Part shown: positions 57,914-64,000 of the stretch, piece by piece | Layout of the letters: the number at the start of each line of letters is the position of its first letter | How positions within the stretch are numbered: position 1 is the first letter of the stretch | Assembly (NCBI GenBank): GCA_965249225.1 | Contig: CBDFLT010000007.1 | Span: forward strand, 198,213 to 262,212 | Reading direction: 5' to 3' | From: Dehalococcoidia bacterium | Lineage (GTDB): Bacteria; Chloroflexota; Dehalococcoidia; Lucifugimonadales; G963668185 | DNA length: 64,000 nt | Program-made: the position numbers and the translations under genes | Notes under the pieces: model-generated | What the model saw: the letters and a program-made list of their open reading frames with translations, nothing else | Told to the model about the DNA's origin: nothing | The model's database searches: none

Positions 57914-58104
57914 GTGGAAGGCCTCCTGCTGATATGCAACTCGATGTTCGGGGCCTTAGCCTAAAGGCTGGCCGACACTTAGGAATTTGACTACTTCTGG
58001 CATTTTCTCAAACTTTTGCAATATTATCCTAACATTCCTGCGGTGGCAACTACCCTGACGACAACCTCGGAACGTTTATGTGAGTTAAAGGAGGCTAAGC
58101 TGAG

Positions 58105-58536
58105 ATGGGGGAAGAGGCGCTCTTCCAAACGCGCGTCCGTGAGGTCGTAACCTGCTTTTTTCGCCACAGGGAGCGCATCCTTGCTCTCAAGCGGAGCGGG
58201 AAGGTGCGCGCCCACCGCGGAAAGTGGGCGGGCGTCAGCGGGACTGTTGAGGCTTCCACCCCATTGCAGCAGGCTTACAAGGAGATACTGGAGGAGACGG
58301 GCCTAGCGCCATCTCAGGTCCGGTTCCTCCGACAAGGTGGACCTATGGAAATCTCCGATCCGGAGAACCAGGTGGTCTAGCGGGTGCACCCCTTTCTGTT
58401 CGAGGTCGAAGACCCCTCGAGCATCCGTCTGGACTGGGAGCATGTGTGCAGCAGGTGGATCGATCCGTCCGAGTTGGAAGACCTGGATACAGTCCCCAAA
58501 CTGAAGGAGACGTGGGAACTGCTTTGGAAAGCATAG
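58105..58536 (+). pseudogene. NUDIX hydrolase interrupted by an in-frame TAG (58378-58380)
   Basis: Nudix box GVSGTVEASTPLQQAYKEILEETGL. The frame continues after the TAG as RVHPFLFEVEDPSSIRLDWEHVCSRWIDPSELEDLDTVPKLKETWELLWKA-stop. The TAG sits where a Trp (TGG) would be expected. Confidence 0.6.
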
Positions 58537-59339
58537 ACGGCCGTATAGACGCGATAGCACGCGACCGGCGGCATGGGTCGACCTTTCTCACCATGGAGGC
58601 GGTGCGCACCCTGGCTGCGGCCACGTATGCCAGTCCCGACGAGGCCAACTGGGTGGGGTATCTCGGAGAGGTCGCTGGGCGGCTGGCCGATGCCAAGCCC
58701 GCGATGGCCGCGATCCGGAATGCGACCGGCCGGCTGCTGCACGAGCTGGTGCAGATTGGGCCGAAGGATGGCGGTCGAGGTGCCAGTGACCGTGCTGAAA
58801 GGCTGCTGTCGGAGTTGGGAGCGGCCGCGGAGCAGGCTGCCGACAATGCGGCGAGCCTGGTGCCCGAGAGTGCCACACTGCTCACTTGCAGCTATAGCTC
58901 GGCGGTAACACGCGTATGTCTGCGCGTGTGCGAGACCGCGGGCACTCTACGGGTTTTGGTCTTCGATGTGGTCGCCCGGCCCGAATCACCGGGCGGTCGG
59001 CTCGCTCTGGAGCTTGCCGAATCCGGGATTGCGACGGAGGTGGTTGCACTTTCCGACCTGGAGGAGGCCATCCGTAGTGCGGACCTGGCTCTGGTGGGGG
59101 CCGACGCCGTAACTCCCCTGCACATCGTCAACGGCGCGCCGAGCCTCAAACTCGCCCGGGCGACCCGTGAACGTGCGCCGATACACGTCGTGTGTGAGAC
59201 GGTGAAGTTCGCCTCGGACGTGTCCACGGAGCCTGGCTACGACAGGGTCCCTTTGACGCTGGTCTCTTCGATAATCACCGAGCTCGGAGGCATCTCGTCC
59301 GATCAGGTGGCGGAGCGTGCCGATCTTACGTGGAGGTAA
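58446..59339 (+). CDS. eIF-2B alpha/beta/delta-related protein (ribose-1,5-bisphosphate / MTR-1-P isomerase family)
   Basis: IDAIARDRRHGSTFLT...TLLTCSYSSAV...VFDVVARPESPGGRLALELAESGI...LVGADAV...VVCETVKF. The start is uncertain. The first ~22 codons overlap the Nudix tail, and GTG 58512 is an alternative. Confidence 0.7.
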   Translation: MQQVDRSVRVGRPGYSPQTEGDVGTALESIDGRIDAIARDRRHGSTFLTMEAVRTLAAATYASPDEANWVGYLGEVAGRLADAKPAMAAIRNATGRLLHELVQIGPKDGGRGASDRAERLLSELGAAAEQAADNAASLVPESATLLTCSYSSAVTRVCLRVCETAGTLRVLVFDVVARPESPGGRLALELAESGIATEVVALSDLEEAIRSADLALVGADAVTPLHIVNGAPSLKLARATRERAPIHVVCETVKFASDVSTEPGYDRVPLTLVSSIITELGGISSDQVAERADLTWR

Positions 59340-59359
59340 GATAAATTTGACCGAGTCAG

Positions 59360-59917
59360 ATGGGTCTGATCCGGCCTTGGGTCGGCGGGTCTCGGTCTGG
59401 AGGAAACGAGTTGGCTAGAAAGAGAGTCGATCTGGATCGATGGCCTTCCAAAGGTAACCGCCGCCGGTTGGAGGAGGAATGGCTGGCGGTACTGGAGAGG
59501 GATGGTCTGATACCGCATCTCATGGAGGTGCCTTTGGAGGCCCCGCGCGAGCTTCATCAGGCCATAGATGAGTTTAACGGCGGACGCTTCTGGGACTGCC
59601 ATGAGACTCTGGAGGATGTCTGGCGAGGCACCTCGTACCCGCTTCGCTTCTTCTACCACTCCGTTATCAAGGTAGCCGTGGGTTTCCATCACATGGGCCG
59701 CCACAACCGTAACGGGGCGCGGGCAAAACTCTCGGACGGCGTCCGCCTGCTCAGGCTGCTCCAGCCACAGTTCCTGGGCGTTCGGACTGACTCGCTATTA
59801 CAAGATGCCGCGCAGTGGCTGGTCCGGGTGGATGGCGTCACTCGCGTTGACTGGGATGAGTTAGACGCACTGCCTCGCCCCAAAATCCGCAGGACACCGG
59901 CGGGCGCTTTTAGCTAA
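59360..59917 (+). CDS. DUF309 domain-containing protein
   Basis: EFNGGRFWDCHETLEDVWR...FYHSVIKVAVGFHHMGRHNRNGA pattern. The start is uncertain; an internal ATG at 59522 is possible. Confidence 0.6.
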   Translation: MGLIRPWVGGSRSGGNELARKRVDLDRWPSKGNRRRLEEEWLAVLERDGLIPHLMEVPLEAPRELHQAIDEFNGGRFWDCHETLEDVWRGTSYPLRFFYHSVIKVAVGFHHMGRHNRNGARAKLSDGVRLLRLLQPQFLGVRTDSLLQDAAQWLVRVDGVTRVDWDELDALPRPKIRRTPAGAFS

Positions 59918-60269
59918 CGGGGGGTTCCGGCAGACCCTGGAAGATTTCGTCGGTCTTGGCTGCCATTACGAAGTCGTTGCGGTGCAGGCCCTTGATCTTA
60001 TGGGTCCACCACTCGACCTTCACCCGGCCCCACTCTACGGTCATCCGAGGGTGATGGCCCTCCTCTTCGGCAGCTTCTCCAACCTGCATCGCGAAGCCAA
60101 TAGCTTGCGCGAAGTTCCGTAATCGGAAGCTGCGCTCAAGACGCTTGATGCCGCCGGTCTCGGAGAGCTCCCACTCATGGACGATCGGGTGGAGCTCAGC
60201 CATCTCTTCCGATGTTACCTGAGGGGAGTCGGCCCGACAGGCTACACACCTTTCCTTTGCCAACGTCAT
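59910..60269 (-). CDS. phhB: 4a-hydroxytetrahydrobiopterin dehydratase (pterin-4-alpha-carbinolamine dehydratase)
   Basis: RLERSFRLRNFAQAIGFAMQVGEAAEEEGHHPRMTVEWGRVKVEWWTHKIKGLHRNDF. Confidence 0.85.
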   Translation of the reverse strand: MTLAKERCVACRADSPQVTSEEMAELHPIVHEWELSETGGIKRLERSFRLRNFAQAIGFAMQVGEAAEEEGHHPRMTVEWGRVKVEWWTHKIKGLHRNDFVMAAKTDEIFQGLPEPPVS

Positions 60270-60583
60270 CGTCGCGTCCTCTGAGGCTCGGGTTGAAATA
60301 GGCCGGCGTTTTTAGTAAGGCGCCATACCACTTTGCGGAGTTCGGCCACGGCCTCAGCAAGGTGGAGGACCGCCTGATTTTCTCCTCAATGCTAACACAC
60401 TCGCGTGACGGTGCCCTTGGGCAAACGCCGCGGGTGACCCGTTGAACCGGACCGCTAGATGGGCCTTTCCGGTTGCCTTTCTGTGGGCCTCTGGGAGACA
60501 TATAACCCGCAGTTTGATGACTGGTATATAGCGGTGGAATGGTTGAGGTGCCCCTACACCTTAATGCGGGCTAGCACCGTACT

Positions 60584-61618
60584 GTGCTCTCCACTGTGCC
60601 GAGATACTGGATGCGAAGGTCTACGTGGGAGGTAACTGCACAGGTGAAATCATTGGTCAAGGCCCATTGGATTGGATGGCTAACGGCAGGACTTGCCGGT
60701 TTGCTTGGGGTGCTGATTCTTCTGGCGATCGGATGTGATATCGCGGAGCGTGCGGTGAAGGCGGAGGCCGTTGTTCAGCCGTCCGCGTCGGCCTTTCAGA
60801 GGATAAGTCTGGGCGATATCGAACCGGACGAGCCCACAAAGAAGGTTAAGAGGTTTACGCCCCTGGCCCAGTATCTGGCCGACAACCTCCATGAGCACGG
60901 CATACTCGAGGGAGAGGTGGTGATCGCCCGCGACTTTGAGGAGATGGCTCGCTTTCTCACGGAGGGGATAGTCGATGTGTATTTCGACAGTGCCTTTCCA
61001 ACGATGAACGTGCAGCAGTTGGCGGACACCGAGATCGTCCTGCGCCGCTGGAAAGACGAGGCTCCCGCCTACTGGAGCGTCTATATCGCCCGGCAGGATG
61101 CCGGTATCAACGGAGTCGAAGATTTTATCGGGAAGGTTCTTGCCTTCGAAAAACCTCATTCCACCTCTGGGTTCGTGTTACCTGGGGGCACCCTAGTGCA
61201 ACGCGGGTTCACCCTGAAACAGGTTTCCAGCGCCGATGAAGCCATTCCCCCGCATGAGATCGGCTACCTGTTCTCGAGGGACGAGGAGAACTCGATCGAA
61301 ATGGTGTTGCAGGGTGTAGTGGCCGGCGCGGGCTTATCGAACCAGGACTACGAGGAGCTTCCGGACGAGATCAAGGGTGAGCTAGTCGTCTTCGATCGGA
61401 CCATCGAGGTCCCAAGGCAGCTTGTGTCGGTACGCCCGGGGCTGCAGCGTGAGTTGGTAGATGAGATTGTCGGGTTGCTGACAGGTCTAAACGAGACCGA
61501 TGAGGGGCGTCAGGTTTTGGAAGCCCTGAAAAAGACCACCAAGTTTGATGCGTTGCCAGCCGACGCTCATCAGTCCTTGGGCGAGCTCAAACATCTCATC
61601 GATCTACTGATCCCGTGA
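60584..61618 (+). CDS. PhnD-like (phosphonate/phosphite-type) periplasmic substrate-binding protein
   Basis: An N-terminal TM/signal segment, then PhnD-family features (FTPLAQYLADNL...VDVYFDSAFP...PHSTSGFVLP). Its stop overlaps the GTG of the downstream kinase (GTGA). Confidence 0.65.
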   Translation: MLSTVPRYWMRRSTWEVTAQVKSLVKAHWIGWLTAGLAGLLGVLILLAIGCDIAERAVKAEAVVQPSASAFQRISLGDIEPDEPTKKVKRFTPLAQYLADNLHEHGILEGEVVIARDFEEMARFLTEGIVDVYFDSAFPTMNVQQLADTEIVLRRWKDEAPAYWSVYIARQDAGINGVEDFIGKVLAFEKPHSTSGFVLPGGTLVQRGFTLKQVSSADEAIPPHEIGYLFSRDEENSIEMVLQGVVAGAGLSNQDYEELPDEIKGELVVFDRTIEVPRQLVSVRPGLQRELVDEIVGLLTGLNETDEGRQVLEALKKTTKFDALPADAHQSLGELKHLIDLLIP

Positions 61619-63636
61619 GAGGTTTGTCCGGCGTGAGCATCCTCCGTGTCAGACCCCGCATCAGGCTGGGGATGTTCACCGTTCTCATGATGGGCATGGT
61701 GATGCTTGTCGCGTCGCTAATGGCCGTCACGACGATGCTCGATATTCGACGCGTCCATTCGTTCTCGAAGGACCAGCTTGAGGAGCGAGGCTTCCTGCTG
61801 GCCAATGCCTTGAACGACGTGCTTGCCGACGCCCTGTACTTTCTGGACATAGACAAGCTGAACGACCTGGCGGAGCTAATCAGGGGCCAGCCCGATGTTG
61901 TCGATGTGCAGGTCTTCGAGCCGAGTGGAGACCTCATCGTGGACCCTAGCGTGCATTACTACGCCGTGGGCAAAGTGCGCCATGAATTCGCGCTGGAGTC
62001 GGTCGGCTCCAGACGGATGATCAGCCGGCTGGAGGGCCGAATCATGCACGTGACGGCGCCCATCACGTCCGGCGACGATGTGATCGGTGGCATCCACTTT
62101 ACGTTGGCCAACGACCGTACCGAGGCCGCGACAAGAAGAATCACGGTCGAGAAGCTCTGGCAGTCGGCGGTCCTGCTGGTTGTGGCCGTGGCGGCCTCTT
62201 ATGTGATGGCGCGGCGCTTTGTACGGCCAATCACACAGCTCGCACTGTCCACTGAGGCGATCGCCATGGGCGAGTTCCGAGTTCCCATAGCCTACCGTAG
62301 AGATGATGAGATCGGAGACCTGACGGTGGCCTTGGCCGAGATGTCCCGCGAGCTTGGGGAGTCCAGAGTCGAGCTGGAGAGTCGGGCTACCGAGTTGAGT
62401 GGTGCCAACGAGCAGTTGTTACGGGAGATGTCTGAGCGGAAGGAGCTGGAGGCGCAGCTCCTTCAATCTCAGAAAATGGAGGCGGTTGGCAGGCTCGCGG
62501 GTGGGGTGGCACACGATTTCAACAACCTGTTGACGGCCATCCTAGGCTACGCTCAGTTGGGTGCCAAGGAAGCTGCCGCTGACGGCAGGCTCGGTGTGGC
62601 CCTCCAAGAAATCACGCGTGCAGGTGAGCGGGCCGCCGACCTCACAAGGCAGCTGCTTGCTTTTTCTCGCCGGCAGATCATAGAGCCGCAGATTGTGGAC
62701 CTGAACGACCTGATCCTCAAGTTGGACGGCATGCTACGGCGCTTGATCGGCGAGAATATAGAGTTGATCACGGTGCCGGGGGCGGATATGCCGGTGGTAA
62801 AGGTGGACCCGGGCCAGGTAGAACAGGTGATAGTCAACCTGGCTGTAAACGCCAGGGACGCCATGCCCCAAGGCGGCGCCCTTACCATCGAAACGGCGCG
62901 TGTGACCCTCGGCGAGTCTTACGCTTCCCAAAATCCTGAGGCCCTCCCCGGTGAATACGTCGTTATAGCCGTGAGTGACAACGGCGTCGGGATAGCGTCG
63001 GACATTAAGGCCCGGATATTCGAGCCATTTTTCACAACGAAGGAGCGTGGTAAAGGTACGGGGCTCGGTCTGTCAACCTGCTACGGTATCGTGAAGCAGA
63101 ACGGAGGCCATATCTCTGTCTATAGTGAGCCGGGCCAAGGGGCCACTTTCAAGGTTTATCTGCCCTCCATCGGCGAGCGACCATCATTGGACCAGGCTCT
63201 GAGCGAGGAAGACGACTTGCTTACCGGAAGCGAGACGGTCTTGCTCGTAGAGGATGAGCCATCGGTGCGCCAACTCGCCACATCCGCCCTCCGCACCTAT
63301 GGATACAGCGTGCTGGAGGCCGCCGACGGTCAACAGGCCCTAAAGCTGGCCAAAGCTCGGACTGGCACCGACATACATCTTCTGGTTACCGACGTGGTCA
63401 TGCCTGCCATGGGTGGCAGAGAGCTTGTCGATGGTCTGGTGGCCATTCACCCTGAGACCAAGGTCCTCTACATGTCCGGCTACACCGATGACGCCATAGT
63501 TCACCATGGGGTTCTCGAGGAAGGAACGGAGTTCCTTCAGAAGCCGTTTACCCCGGTGACCTTGGGGCGCAGGGTACGAGAGATTCTTGACGATACACGA
63601 CGCGGTAGCGCCTCACAAGGCCCTCTATCTCCCTGA
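61615..63636 (+). CDS. hybrid sensor histidine kinase / response regulator
   Basis: TM-sensor-TM, HAMP (RRFVRPITQLALSTEAIAMGEF), HisKA H-box (GGVAHDFNNLL), HATPase N/G boxes (NLAVNARDAM, GTGLGLS), and a C-terminal REC domain (VLLVEDEPSVR...LLVTDVVMP). Confidence 0.9.
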   Translation: MRGLSGVSILRVRPRIRLGMFTVLMMGMVMLVASLMAVTTMLDIRRVHSFSKDQLEERGFLLANALNDVLADALYFLDIDKLNDLAELIRGQPDVVDVQVFEPSGDLIVDPSVHYYAVGKVRHEFALESVGSRRMISRLEGRIMHVTAPITSGDDVIGGIHFTLANDRTEAATRRITVEKLWQSAVLLVVAVAASYVMARRFVRPITQLALSTEAIAMGEFRVPIAYRRDDEIGDLTVALAEMSRELGESRVELESRATELSGANEQLLREMSERKELEAQLLQSQKMEAVGRLAGGVAHDFNNLLTAILGYAQLGAKEAAADGRLGVALQEITRAGERAADLTRQLLAFSRRQIIEPQIVDLNDLILKLDGMLRRLIGENIELITVPGADMPVVKVDPGQVEQVIVNLAVNARDAMPQGGALTIETARVTLGESYASQNPEALPGEYVVIAVSDNGVGIASDIKARIFEPFFTTKERGKGTGLGLSTCYGIVKQNGGHISVYSEPGQGATFKVYLPSIGERPSLDQALSEEDDLLTGSETVLLVEDEPSVRQLATSALRTYGYSVLEAADGQQALKLAKARTGTDIHLLVTDVVMPAMGGRELVDGLVAIHPETKVLYMSGYTDDAIVHHGVLEEGTEFLQKPFTPVTLGRRVREILDDTRRGSASQGPLSP

Positions 63637-63831
63637 TTGGGTCACCCCATACGGCTTGTGGCTGCACCCTGCGGAGAGGCGTATCCCACCACCCTCTGTC
63701 TCACAGCACTCAGAGGGCTTTTCTCCCCGGAGACATCGTCCCATCAAAAATTCTCTGTTTCAGTGCGGGGACGGCGACGCGCTCTGCTATAATCGCAACA
63801 GCGCCCATCGCTTGGGCAATAGGCTGGTCAC

Positions 63832-64000
63832 TTGCGGTTTCCGAATCTCGCTCAAGCCCCACACTTTGCCTCATTCCATTACGTGGACTACCGGAGGACG
63901 TGGACCGCCAACATGCTCTCCGGCGCCGCGACGTGGACGCTGATCGTCGCGGCCTCCTGGCTGACGCTGGAGAAGTCCGACTCCTCTGGCTGGGTGGGAG
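63832..64000 (+). CDS. MFS-type transporter, N-terminal fragment (continues beyond right window edge)
   Basis: Own translation: ...FHYVDYRRTWTANMLSGAATWTLIVAASWLTLEKSDSSGWVG resembles the FR.LW...S..G motif of MFS exporters. The frame opens after TAG 63820-63822. TTG 63832, GTG 63883 or ATG 63913 are candidate starts. A tataat sits at 63788-63793. Confidence 0.4.
   Translation, partial: MRFPNLAQAPHFASFHYVDYRRTWTANMLSGAATWTLIVAASWLTLEKSDSSGWVG

Overview
This is a high-GC bacterial chromosomal segment: hand-counted 60-nt lines give about 57-62% GC. It is densely coding and mostly housekeeping. The gene repertoire suggests a Chloroflexota-like organism, but this is inference only. That repertoire includes HspR-CbpA-Hsp20, split gcvPA/gcvPB, F420-type LLM paralogs, DUF5679 and DUF951 mini-proteins, ComB and geranylgeranyl-reductase paralogs.

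Main blocks, left to right:
- heat-shock genes hspR-cbpA and hsp20
- histidine genes hisH-hisA-(methyltransferase)-hisF-hisIE
- ribosomal genes rpmE and rpmA-rplU
- truB-rbfA-infB-ylxR-nusA
- modABC and pyrF
- a complete F1Fo ATP synthase operon (atpZ-B-E-F-H-A-G-D...C)
- rex and citrate synthase
- gcvT-H-PA-PB, ftsH, two tandem LLM oxidoreductases, nadE, ispH
- tRNA-Ala(CGC)
- a PhnD-like binding protein coupled to a hybrid histidine kinase

Two things stand out.
1. A roughly 2 kb AT-richer two-gene cassette is wedged between atpD and atpC. It encodes a ComF-like phosphoribosyltransferase with an unrecognisable N-terminal domain, and its 3' end overlaps the start of a DprA/Smf-like gene. It has its own promoter-like element. 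This is the best candidate for an accessory, possibly defence or nucleotide/ssDNA-handling system.
2. Three redox genes carry an in-frame TGA at or near the redox-active position. They are an AhpE-like peroxiredoxin, a TlpA-like redoxin-TPR protein, and a glutaredoxin-like protein ending U-S-F-stop. Each TGA is followed 9-13 nt later by a stem-loop, which is consistent with selenocysteine recoding. The ORF track splits or truncates all three.

No rRNA genes, CRISPR arrays, transposases or integrases were seen.
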